A stretch of 64,000 nucleotides of DNA from a candidate division WOR-3 bacterium. GTDB taxonomy: Bacteria > Hydrothermota > Tepidihabitantia > Tepidihabitantales > Tepidihabitantaceae. Below the pieces are notes generated by a model, which was not told the DNA's origin, made no database searches, and worked only from the letters and a program-made list of their open reading frames with translations. The DNA is taken from assembly GCA_965649295.1 (NCBI GenBank), contig CBFGKH010000006.1:32001-96000 (forward strand), read 5' to 3'. The position numbers and the translations under genes are program-made. Below, one piece after another: positions 30,093 to 40,385 of the stretch. Numbering within the stretch: position 1 is the stretch's first letter; each line of letters opens with the position of its first letter.

Positions 30093-33000
30093 CTAGCGTT
30101 CGATAACGAGCTTGCGCGTCTCTGACCTTCTCGCCGACTCAAGCCGAACGAGATAGGTACCAGCCGGTAGCGAACGGAGGTCAACGGTCATGGCTGCTGC
30201 GGTTGTCTGTCCGAACCGCTGGGTCAGGACACGGCGGCCAATTGCATCATAGACCGACAACGTCGCTTGGCCGGTGAATGGCCCAGTAGTCAGGCGCAGC
30301 CGGCCGGAACGTAACGGATTCGGGCCAATCATCAGGCGCCCATCAGCAGTTGCGGGTCGGTTGGTAGCAACACCATCCTGGCTCGAACGAAAACCAGCGT
30401 AGGTCTCTGGCCAATCCATCCAGCGCCAGAACTCAAGTGTCCGATTGCCCTTGAGGGCAAAGAGAACGCCTGGTTCATACCAGACAAGATCACCGCCAGC
30501 CCTGACCTTGCGCTTTTTGCCTGTCACCCGGCCCCATTGCGGCATCGTGTCGAGTTCGCGCCAGGAATCGTTGGCCACATAGTAGCGATAGTACTCCTGA
30601 GTGTTGCCGCCCTTGAGCGCATAGAAACCGTCACCCGACCAGGCTCCGGCAGCGCCCTCGCCCGACTTCTTGCTGCGGCCGAAATAGCGGCTGACAAAAG
30701 GCATCCCGCGCAACGTGTCACTGCTCCAGGTGCGCGTCGGCACATCATAGCGATAGAGCCGGTGGAACTTGGCCTGGTGAGCATAGATGGCGGTTGCGCC
30801 GTCACTGACCAGGAACGAACCTTTGCCATACTTATCGCTGGCGCTGGTCGGCGCTCTTGGCTCGTTCTCCCACCTCTTGGTTACGGTATTGAAGCGGTAG
30901 AACTCATTCTTATCACCCTTGAGCAGATAGACATAGCCGGTATCGGCCCAGTTGACATAGGCGAGGTCGGTGCCACCTTTGACTTTGTAGCCACCGGCCG
31001 GGACATTCGCCAACGGCTGCCAGGAATCGGCCAAGGCATCGTAGCGGTAGAACTCAAGCGTGTTGTTACCCTTGGTCGCGTAGATGTAACGTTCGCCGTC
31101 GGTCACGGCCCGTGCGCCTCTGGCCGGCACTTTGCCCTTTGGACCGAGAAGGAAATCGGCCCTTGGCGTCCAACTGTCTGCCAGCGGATTGTAGCTGTAG
31201 AAGCTGACGGTCTTGCCACCCTTGAGCGCATAGACCCTGCCGTCGGCAGGATGGAACACGAGCCAGCCGCCGTCCTTGACCGTGTTCGCTCCTGGCGCAG
31301 CCGGTAGAGACTGAAGCTCAGACCAGCCATAGGTCGGCATTGCCACCTGGACCCGGAAATGACCGCTGATAGTGTCGTTGGCTCTGTTCTGGTCTTGAGC
31401 CGCAGCCAGCGAGCAGCGCACCGTGTAGTAGCCAATCGGCCGCGGTGGCAGCCAGTCGTCGAAAACGAGTGTCGGTTCCTCTTCGGCCCCGATCGCCACC
31501 CCAGTAAGCCGTGACTCGTAGCAAATCCTGCCGTCCTGCTCGATGGCAAGCACGGCGTCAACCAGTGTCGGCAAAGTTCCGATGTTACGAACCCGCACCT
31601 TCGGCGTAACCGTTGCGGCCGTGTCAACCACCGGGCCGGGCGATACTATCTGCCGAGCCGCTACATCAATCTGGCCCGCAAAGAAGGCTGCCTCGACGAC
31701 ATCGTTGGCTGGCTCGCAGTCGCCGGCCATGGCCACTGAGCAGCGACCCAGATGGTCGCCCGCCGGAATATCAATCTCCGGGAAGACAACGGTCGTCTCT
31801 GCCCCAACCGGCAGACCGGCATCGAGTGTCAACGTCGCTTCCAGGCCTGGCAACCCTGGAATCGAGTAGTAAGCTGTCACCGGCGACCGAATATTGCCCG
31901 GATCGGATTGACAAGTCGGCAGCGCGGCGCGAGCAGCCCAGTCGGAACCGAACAGACCGGCGCCTCAATGGCGCTGGCCCCGACATCGCGGACAGCTACA
32001 AAGGTCGTGCTGGTACGGAGGTCATTACCTGGGTTGGCATCACTGGTAAGTTCGGTCGAGCAACGGACAGTAGCCGGCCCGCGCAGAACCGGCAGCCACA
32101 AGGGGAATACTACGTTTCGGTATTCGGCCGCGGCTAGGTTCGTCACGGCAACCGACTGCTGGTAGTCGGGAGCGATGGCCAGCTTCACCTGACAGCTCAC
32201 CGTCGCGTTACCCGGATTGTGGACACGCACCGTGGGCACGAGCGACTGACCCGAGTCAACGGTTGCGGCCGGAGCAACGATTGCGACCGGCGTCACGTCC
32301 AGCACCCGCACCATCACTGTCGTCGAAACGGTATTGTTGCCAATCGACTGGTCACCCGGAAGTTGCGTCGTCGCCGTCACTGTTCGGTTGCCGCGCGGCC
32401 GCGCAATCCAGACCGGAAAATCAAGCACCCGCTCCTCACCCGGCGCGAGATCGGTAGCAGTAACTGTGTTTGAGTAACCGCCGCTGATTGTCAATAGCAC
32501 CGGGAAGCTGACCGTTGTGTTGCCGTTGTTACGCACCCGGACACTTGGAGTTACCGCCGTGCCAGAGTCAACCAATGGGCCGGGTGAGAGTATGACCAAG
32601 GCCTGGGCATCAAGCAGTCGGACAAATCCTGTCGTGGTAATCAGATTATTGTCCGGCATCGTGTCGCCGTCGAGCATCGTCGAGCAGGTGACGCTGAAGT
32701 CGCCGAGCGGAGAAGCAGTCCAGTTGCTGAAGCTGACCGTGGTCTGGTCGCCGATACCCAGTTCGGTTCGGAACTGAGTATTGCTGTAGCCATTGGAAAC
32801 GTTAAGACGGACATTGTAGCGGATGGCCGGCACCGGCCCGTTATTGCGAACCACTACCTGCGGAGCCAGGTTTGCCAGGTACGCGACCGTGTCGCGCGGA
32901 GCGATGATCGTCACCGGCTCAATGTCAGGGAATACTGGAATATAGGTAATCAGGATATCCACGGCAGTAGTCATTATCGTCTGTTCCGGTGGATTGACTG

Positions 33001-33769
33001 AGTTGCTGCGGCCGCGCTTGCCCCGGTGCTCACCGGTTGAATGGAACCGATACCACATCGAGGCTTCGACGGTACCGTCCTGGTGATAATACGAGACGAG
33101 CAGGCTATTGCCATGGACGTGCATCACCGGCGTCTCCATCGGCAGCGAAATCCAGCCCTCGAGTTCTGGCAGAATGAGCGTTCCCTCGCCCCAAGTAAGA
33201 GTGCCAGGATTGTCCCAGGCTCCAGAGCTGAACGCAGTCGCAGTCGTGTCCTTCAGCCAGTGACTGGCAAACATGATTGTGTCACCACCCTGCGCGTCGC
33301 CGTCGCTATAGAACCCAAGCGCGGTAATCCAGCCATTGAACATCAGTTCGGTCGAAAGATAGAGATACTGGCAGCGAAAGTAGGGGACGTCAGCGCCCCA
33401 AATGTGGTTATCAATACCCGGACCGTTACCGACTATCCGCGTGGACTCGACACTGAACGTCGGAACTGGTTTGACCTTAGGACTGGCTCTGCCCGCAAGC
33501 ACGACCGCTTCCGGTAAGTCAACCCAGTTGTCGTTTTCGTCCTTACGGTGGAGCGGACCGGATACGAGCACTGAATAGGTGCCGTCGTGGTTGTCGAAGG
33601 TCTTGGAGCACTCGGTGCGCAAGCGCACAATTTCATCTGTGGGCTGCCAACGACCAAACAGGCCGCCTTCACTCCAAAGTGAACGTTGGCCGCCAAACGC
33701 CATCGCGCCAAACCCGACTGGCAGAACCCCCATTGCCAGCACAACTACGATTGTCACTGAGCGGTTCAT
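30093..33769 (-). pseudogene. Large secreted CARDB-repeat plus Kelch-like propeller plus T9SS-like tail protein (about 1223 aa), frameshifted by a 5-bp duplication
   Basis: ORFs 31877-33775 and 30093-31880 join if one CGGAT copy at 31899-31908 is removed, restoring VNPGNIRSPVTAYY, which resembles sister repeats VHNPGNATVS and VRNNGNTTVS. Confidence 0.78.
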
Positions 33770-34226
33770 AACCACTCCTCCTTAAATTCGCGCGCTACTG
33801 GCGATTAGCGCGCCTTTCCTGCCTCATCAAAAATGGTCTCCAATTCGCGCCACCGGCCTGATCCCAAGACCATGTGGCATCGTCTTGCCCGCACCGTAAC
33901 CACGGCTGCCTCTGCGGGCAATCAAGTGGCGAGTTGTGTTATTTAGGGGTCGGCCTGGCGCCGAGACGGTCTTTGCTCTGCGGAGCCACTAGCGGAAGCC
34001 GCGTAGTCGCCCCCTCACACATGCGCAAAGCCAGCACACGTATGCAACACCCCTCGTCTGCAGGCGGTTGTCCGCCTACTGACGTGATTGTAGTGCTGCG
34101 GCTTGTGTCTGTCAAGCCCCAGCGCTTAGCTGCAATGCGCAGACGAGTAACCTCGGGTTGACTCCCGGCCCCAGCCGGCCGCATACTGGTGATAGATTTG
34201 CCCCGGTTTTGTGTCTATGAAGACGA

Positions 34227-34862
34227 ATGGAAGTAGCAGTGGCCCGGCTTGCTGATGACGACGCTGGTGGCGACGTGCGACCGCCTGACAAGCAGTGCTG
34301 CCCGCCAGGCGAAGCGGCCACAACCAGCTTACCGGAAGAGGATAGCAGACTGGTGCTCCGGGCCCAGGCTGGAGAACTGACGGCCTTTGATGAACTGGTG
34401 CGGCGGCACGCGCGGCCACTCTACTGCTACCTCTGGCGGATGTGCCGCAACCAGGCCGAGGCGGAAGAAATGGCGCAGGAGTCTTTTGTCCGGGCCTGGG
34501 AAGGGCTGGCCCGATTCCGCCGCCAGGCAAGCTTTCGCACCTGGCTCTTTCGGCTGGCGACGAACCTCTGCCTGAATCGGCTGGCTCGAACCAAACGTTT
34601 TGCCGCGCTCGACGAAGAAGCACCCGGGCCAGCGACAAGCGAGCCAGAGCAGATTCATGCTCAGCACCGGCAGTCAGAAATGATTCAGGCCGCGCTGCTG
34701 GCGCTGCCTGCCGACCAGCGGGCAGCGCTGGTGCTCTACGCCTACGACGAGCTAAGTTATCAGGAGATTGCCCAAGTCATGGGTCGGTCCGCGGCCGCGG
34801 TCAATGGCCTGATCTATCGGGCGCGGGACGCGGTGCGGACTGCATTAGGAGCAGAAAGATGA
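34227..34862 (+). CDS. ECF sigma-70 factor
   Basis: AEEMAQESFVRAW, FRTWLFRLATN and LSYQEIAQVMG. Confidence 0.93.
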   Translation: MEVAVARLADDDAGGDVRPPDKQCCPPGEAATTSLPEEDSRLVLRAQAGELTAFDELVRRHARPLYCYLWRMCRNQAEAEEMAQESFVRAWEGLARFRRQASFRTWLFRLATNLCLNRLARTKRFAALDEEAPGPATSEPEQIHAQHRQSEMIQAALLALPADQRAALVLYAYDELSYQEIAQVMGRSAAAVNGLIYRARDAVRTALGAER

Positions 34863-35164
34863 ACGGACAGACCAGAACTCAGAGGCCAACAATGACCGCC
34901 GAAGATGCCGAGCTGGCAGCGCTGCGGGGAGAGGCCCAGCCGCCGGTACCAGCCGGTCTTGAGGCGCGCGTCATCCAGCGCGTACGGGCACGCGCCAGCG
35001 CAGCTAGACCATCACCGCTGCGAGGTTGGCAACTCGTGTTGCTGCGTGCTGCTGCAGTCGTGCTGGTCTTCTTCGGAATCTGGCTGGGAACGAGATTGGG
35101 CTATGCCATCTGTGGCGACCGGGTGCAGCAGTATGAGCAGCTCATTGCCGAGGAGGGGCTATGA
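34859..35164 (+). CDS. Putative single-TM anti-sigma factor
   Basis: ATG overlaps the sigma stop; VPAGLEARVIQRV followed by one TM helix. Confidence 0.65.
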   Translation: MNGQTRTQRPTMTAEDAELAALRGEAQPPVPAGLEARVIQRVRARASAARPSPLRGWQLVLLRAAAVVLVFFGIWLGTRLGYAICGDRVQQYEQLIAEEGL

Positions 35165-35640
35165 AACGGTTCCTGCTTCCGCTGCTACTCGGTTTATCGC
35201 TGGCAGTGAACGCTGGTGTGGTTGTGGTGATTGTCCGGGAACGGGTGCGCATCCGGCGGTTTGAAAACCAGTTGGCGGCCAAGCTGCGTGACGGCCGAGC
35301 TGGAGTTAGGCAGTTCTTTCGTCTTATTGATGATTGGTCCAAAGTGCGCAGGCCTATCTTCGCCGCGATTGATACTGCTTATCAGGAACTCGGCCGGCTC
35401 GGACTTCAGCCGGACCCGGACTCGGCAGCGGTCGAGAAGGTGCTATCCCGGCTGGGCGAGCAGTTTCGGCTAAAGAAGCTGGCCGAGTTGCGGCTCAGCC
35501 GTGAGTTTTGGGCTCTGTACCGGCCCGAGGCCAAAGCACAACAGCAGGCCCGAATCAGGGCGATGCGGCAACTGGGCAGGAGGGGTGAAGGCAGGCATGT
35601 GGCGACAGACACTGCGACGAATGCGGGAGGTGAGAAATGA
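35161..35640 (+). CDS. Periplasmic heavy-metal sensor / Spy-CpxP-like helical protein
   Basis: SLAVNAG anchor, helical body and PDPDSAAVE motif. Confidence 0.6.
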   Translation: MKRFLLPLLLGLSLAVNAGVVVVIVRERVRIRRFENQLAAKLRDGRAGVRQFFRLIDDWSKVRRPIFAAIDTAYQELGRLGLQPDPDSAAVEKVLSRLGEQFRLKKLAELRLSREFWALYRPEAKAQQQARIRAMRQLGRRGEGRHVATDTATNAGGEK

Positions 35641-36059
35641 AGTCGCGATGGTTGATGGGACTGCTGGTCGTGTCGCTATTGGCCAATAGTGTCGAACTCG
35701 TCGTGTTTGGTGTCGGGTTCGTGCGCCGCCGCGCTGAACAGCACCGACTCTTCAAGAGCTTGCAGGCCCGCGCTCCGCGTTGGCACAAACGACCGTTGCT
35801 CAGTGCGTACCACCCCGCCTGGGACTCGCTTGGCCGGCTGCTGGCCGCGGCCGACAGTGAACTCTGGGCGCTGAACGAGCAGCAATCCCTTGACTCGGCA
35901 CGACTGGCAGCAGCAGTCGAACAGGTAGTGAGCCTGGAACTAGCAATGACCCGGCAAATCTTTGCCAGCGTCCAGGCACTGCACCGACCCGAGTATGACA
36001 GCATTCGTCCGGCCAAGCTGCGACAGTGGCAAGAGTTTACCGGCCTTGACCGGCACTAG
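35637..36059 (+). CDS. Second Spy/CpxP-like helical protein
   Basis: SLLANS anchor and LDSARL motif; translationally coupled to the previous gene. Confidence 0.55.
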   Translation: MKSRWLMGLLVVSLLANSVELVVFGVGFVRRRAEQHRLFKSLQARAPRWHKRPLLSAYHPAWDSLGRLLAAADSELWALNEQQSLDSARLAAAVEQVVSLELAMTRQIFASVQALHRPEYDSIRPAKLRQWQEFTGLDRH

Positions 36060-36178
36060 CTTCCAAACCAGTTGACAGTAGCGCCGACTAGAGAATAATG
36101 GCGGGATAGCAGAAATCCGAAGCAGGGCTTCGGACGCCAGACTGGACGACTGCTGGACAACCTGATGAGGAGAATCGC

Positions 36179-37516
36179 GTGAGCAAGACTATTGCTGCCT
36201 TACTGCTGCTTGCCCTGCTGGTGCCGACCTTTGCCCAGCCCGCCAGCCCAAATCCGGCGCTCGATGCGGCAGTCCAGGCAATCGAACTGATGAACCGCAA
36301 TCTCGGCCGCTGGTTCGTTATCGTCATTGTTGCCCTGGTGCTGTTTGCCCTCGTGGCTGCATGGCGCATCTGGGGCTACAGCCGGCGGCTGCTGGAGCTA
36401 GGCGAGCTGCGCAGTTCCACCGAACGCCGGCTGGGCGAGCTGACCGATGAACTGCTGCGCCTGCGGACCAAGCTCGTCTCAATCGGCGATCACGTTGACC
36501 GGACCGAGAAGGACATCGCCCTGCTGCGCCCTGAAGCTGCGGCCGACCTGGCAGCCCAGCTCAGTGGACTTGAAGAGGCAATTGCCGGCCTTACCGCACG
36601 GCTTGATACTGAGCTTGGTGAAGTGCGGCGCCAGTTGACCGAACTGGAAGCAAGAATTGCGGCGTTGACTGCGGCTGAGCCGCCCAAGCTCGAGGTTCCG
36701 ATTGAAGTCATGACGGCAACTGCGGCAGCTGAGGCCGCACAAGCCGCAGCAACCCAAGCAGCCCAGCAGGCAGAAGCGGCAGCAACCGAGAGTCGCGAGA
36801 CCGCTGCCCAAGCCCTTGCCGCTGTCCAGCGCCTCGAGGAGGAGTTTAGTAAGCAGCTTACCGAGCTTAGACTGCAACTAGCAGCAGTCCAGCCGCTGCC
36901 AACAGAGCCGGCAGTTGACGAAAGTCGGCAGCCGGCGGACACGGTTTCTGTGCCCCCAGAACCAGTGGCCACGGCGCCAGCCGAGACCGATGACGAAGCA
37001 GCTACTGGCGACGAGCATTTTGGGGCCGGTGAGTATGGCGAGGCCGTTGACTGTTACTCACGCTGGATTGAGAAGAACGAAGCTAACCCTGATCGGAATC
37101 GGCTGCTGGCAGTGCTGCACAACCGCGCGGTCGGTTATCTCCGCCTCGGTCGCTACCTCGATGCGCTGAATGACGCGGCCGCGATTGAACCATTGGTTGA
37201 TGTCTCGCCCAAGGCTGCCGGTGCAGCCCGGATGCTGACCGGCGTTGTCCACCTGTATCAGGGCCTGGTTGACGAGGCGCTTTCCGACTTTGAGCAGGCA
37301 CTGGTCGTGGACCCTTCTGCTCGCAAGACCCTGGCCAAAGACGAAGACATTGCCGCCTGGATCGAACAGAATCCAGCGGAAGCGAGAGTGCTTCAGCGCG
37401 GTCTGGACAGACTGCTGGGTCGCGAGAAACCCACACGAGCAGACCCGACAGCCGAGCGGCCAAAGGTCAAAAGTCAGAAGGCCAAAACCAGACCTGGAAA
37501 GCAACGACGGCGCTAG
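36179..37516 (+). CDS. Membrane-anchored coiled-coil plus TPR protein
   Basis: Signal peptide, TM helix, heptad region and C-terminal TPR-like helices (HNRAVGYLRLG; ALSDFEQAL). Confidence 0.75.
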   Translation: MSKTIAALLLLALLVPTFAQPASPNPALDAAVQAIELMNRNLGRWFVIVIVALVLFALVAAWRIWGYSRRLLELGELRSSTERRLGELTDELLRLRTKLVSIGDHVDRTEKDIALLRPEAAADLAAQLSGLEEAIAGLTARLDTELGEVRRQLTELEARIAALTAAEPPKLEVPIEVMTATAAAEAAQAAATQAAQQAEAAATESRETAAQALAAVQRLEEEFSKQLTELRLQLAAVQPLPTEPAVDESRQPADTVSVPPEPVATAPAETDDEAATGDEHFGAGEYGEAVDCYSRWIEKNEANPDRNRLLAVLHNRAVGYLRLGRYLDALNDAAAIEPLVDVSPKAAGAARMLTGVVHLYQGLVDEALSDFEQALVVDPSARKTLAKDEDIAAWIEQNPAEARVLQRGLDRLLGREKPTRADPTAERPKVKSQKAKTRPGKQRRR

Positions 37517-37534
37517 GCAGTTCTCCGCTGGCGA

Positions 37535-38560
37535 ATGGGCATCTCCCATCCCTTAGCCGTTGCGCTCGTCTCCGGCGGCCTCGACTCAACCCTGGCCGCA
37601 GCCATCGTCAAGCAACAGGGAATCACCGTCGTCGGCATCAACTTCCAGGGCGGCTATTGTCCTGGTCCGTGGGAGGGACTGAGTCGGGCTCAGGTTGCTG
37701 CTGGTCAGATTGGCATCGAACTTGTCACCCTGCCGATTGATGCTGACTTCATCGCCATGGTGAAGAAACCAAAGCACGGTCGGGGCAAGAATATGAACCC
37801 GTGCATTGACTGCCACATTATGATGATTCGCAAGGCTTGGGAATATGGCCGCACCCGCGGGGCAGAGTTCATCGTGACTGGCGAGGTGCTGGGACAGCGA
37901 CCGATGAGTCAGAACCGGCGGTCGCTTGACCTAGTTGCGGCCGAATCAGGAATCGGTGACAGACTGGTGCGACCACTTTCGGCCCAGCTTCTGGAACCGA
38001 CCTGGCCCGAACGCACCGGACTGCTCGACCGCAACCGACTCTATGACATTCAGGGCCGAACCAGAGACCGGCAGGCTGCACTGGCGCGAGAGTTTGGCAT
38101 CAACGACTATCCGCAGCCGGCCGGCGGCTGCCTGTTGACCGAGAAAGTCTTCTCCGCGCGACTTCGTGAGGCCTTTGCTCACGGCGAGGACTCAGTTTTC
38201 CATATCGAGCTACTGCGCATTGGCCGACATTTTCGTCTCGAATCGGGCAGCCGGGTCGTGCTGGGCCGCAACAAGCAGGAGAACGCCGAGCTTCTATCCC
38301 GGCTACCTGACTCGGCCGCGCTGATTGATGCCACTTCCTTGCCTGGCCCGCTGGCCCTGCTTGTGCCCGACTCCGGCGAGGCCGATCGCCTGCTCGCAGC
38401 GCGACTCTGTGTCGCCTACTCCGACAAGCGCGATGCCGGTGCCCAGCCGGTGAGAATAGCCAGCATGCGCCGATCCGTGACCGAGCTCGCCGCCGACCGC
38501 ATCGTCACCGTCACCGCCCTTGGACCTGATGATATTCGCCGGCTCGCCATCTCCGGCTGA
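37535..38560 (+). CDS. ThiI/MnmA-like PP-loop tRNA sulfurtransferase with DUF814-like C-terminus
   Basis: SGGLDS, NPCIDCH, TGEVLGQRPMSQ, PAGGCLLT and GRHFRL. Confidence 0.82.
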   Translation: MGISHPLAVALVSGGLDSTLAAAIVKQQGITVVGINFQGGYCPGPWEGLSRAQVAAGQIGIELVTLPIDADFIAMVKKPKHGRGKNMNPCIDCHIMMIRKAWEYGRTRGAEFIVTGEVLGQRPMSQNRRSLDLVAAESGIGDRLVRPLSAQLLEPTWPERTGLLDRNRLYDIQGRTRDRQAALAREFGINDYPQPAGGCLLTEKVFSARLREAFAHGEDSVFHIELLRIGRHFRLESGSRVVLGRNKQENAELLSRLPDSAALIDATSLPGPLALLVPDSGEADRLLAARLCVAYSDKRDAGAQPVRIASMRRSVTELAADRIVTVTALGPDDIRRLAISG

Positions 38561-38617
38561 ACTGGCTTCGGCCAGAAGCCATTTGACCCCTGCCCGGGCA
38601 GGGCTAGAATGAGGTTT

Positions 38618-40030
38618 ATGAGAAACTGTCTGCTACTCCTGCTCGTGCTGCTGCCGCTACCGGCAACTGCCCGACTCCAGGTCGGACAGACCGCACCAAA
38701 CTTCACCCTGCCCGACACGGCCTGGGTGAACCATCAACTTGTCGAGTTCCGCGGCCAGGTAGTACTGCTCAACTTCTGGGCCTCGACCTGAGGGACCTGC
38801 CGCGCGGAGTTGCCGCGCCTCTCCATCCTTCAGAACGACTACGGCCCCCACGGCTTCGCCGCCATCTCCATCAACCTCAACGAAGATATGATGAACGTTG
38901 TCCGGGTCTATGCCCGGCAGAACTCACACCTCTTTCTCCGCGACCCTGGCACAGTCTGGAGTGTTTACGCCCAGAACAACTATATCCCTTTGAACTACGT
39001 TCTTGATACTGCCGGCGTAATCCGCTATTGGGAGGAGGGCTTCGACGAAGCCGCCCTGGTGAGCGTGATTCGCCAATACCTGCCTGACCCGATTGACCAC
39101 GATGTTGGGGTGTTGCGTGTCATTGCACCCAGCGGCACGTTCGATTCTGGTGCAGTTGCTGTCCCGGCCTGCTCGGTTTACAACTACGGCGACCGGGTTG
39201 AGAACTATCCGGTACGGCTACAGATTGGCAGTCGTTATGACACGACCGTGCTAGTCACTAACCACCTGCCAGCAACCGGCCGCCGCGTCGAGTTTCCTGC
39301 CTGGACCGCACTCGAACGCGGCCAGCTCACCGTAGCCGCAACAGCCGAACTTGTCGGCGACGACATCGGCAGTAACAATACCGCGACCGGACTGACCATC
39401 GTGAATGTCCGCGACTTTGCCCTGACAGCGATTTTCGCACCACAGGACACGGTTGACTCAGGGACTACTGTCGTTCCCCTAGTCGAAGTACGCAACCTCG
39501 GAACGGTTGCCGATATGGGCCGGGTACGACTGACCATCGGCAGCGACTACGTTGACAGCGTCAATGTACCCCTGCAGCCAGGCCGCTGGGACACGGTTGC
39601 GCTACGAACTTGGACCGCCGGCGCAACTGGAGTCCTGCCCCTGCGCTGCACGCTAATCACCCGGCTTGCTGATATGAACCCCGCCAATAATCTGCTTGAA
39701 CGTACGGTCGTTGTGCTCGGCCTGGGAGTGGCCGAAGAATCCAAGACTATGCTAGAACCGTTCCGTCTAGAGCCAGCCACAAATCCGGCAGCAGGCCACG
39801 TGCTATTTGCCATCACACTACCCAACCCTCAGTATGTGGAAGCAACTCTCTTCGCGGCGAACGGAACACTAATCCGGCGGCTGTGGTCTGGTCCACTGCC
39901 AGCAGGCCAGCACAAACTTCGCTGGGACTGCCGGGACGAAGCCGGCAACAGAGTCGTCCCTGGCCGGTATTTCTGCTGCGCAGTAGTCGGCGACAGAACA
40001 AGGAATACTGGCGTTACAACCACCAGGTAA
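38618..40030 (+). CDS. Predicted selenoprotein: secreted TlpA/redoxin plus two CARDB domains plus FlgD/T9SS-like tail, 470 aa, Sec58 (UGTC)
   Basis: APNFTLPD...VVLLNFWAST-TGA(38789-91)-GTCRAELP joins ORFs 38609-38791 and 38810-40030 in frame and matches TlpA 'NFWAxWCxxCRxE.P'; hairpin GCGCGG-AGTTG-CCGCGC. Confidence 0.92.
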
Positions 40031-40137
40031 CTATTTCGAACCCGACCGGTTGGGGCGCGGTCTTGCCGCGCCCCAACCCTTTGCCCGGACGCGTGGTTGT
40101 GATAGATTTCACAGTTCAGCGGTCATCATGGTTTTAC

Positions 40138-40385
40138 TTGACAAGCGGTATCTGGACTCCTACAATCTATCCGAGGCTGAGCTTCTGGGAGAGGCGAAAG
40201 CTGACGCTCCTGTGCCGTGGGGCGCAGGGCGTGGGGTGCAGCTAAGCCGCAGAATCGCAATGGAGACCGCGACCTCCCGAAACACAACCTCACCGGTCTT
40301 TAGCTAAAGACATACCGGAAGCGGTTCCGGTGGAGACAAGTGCCGTTAGCTTTGGCGGCACGTGAGGCTAAACTAAGGAGGCAGT
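40138..40385 (+). promoter_or_regulatory. Sigma70-like promoter plus a structured 5' leader of about 210 nt
   Basis: TTGACA-N17-TACAAT (40138-40166), followed by several stem-loops before SD AAGGAGG. Confidence 0.5.

Noticed and set aside
34227..36059. ECF sigma, anti-sigma and two Spy/CpxP-like genes as a new system
   Set aside because: A familiar envelope/metal stress module; only the duplication of the helical protein is mildly unusual.
13606..38791. Genome-wide UGA reassignment (Trp or Gly, codes 4/25) as the cause of the in-frame TGAs
   Set aside because: TGA acts as a normal stop for smc, cutA, lipA and others; long genes contain no internal TGA; Trp is TGG; and every internal TGA sits at a CxxC Cys position.
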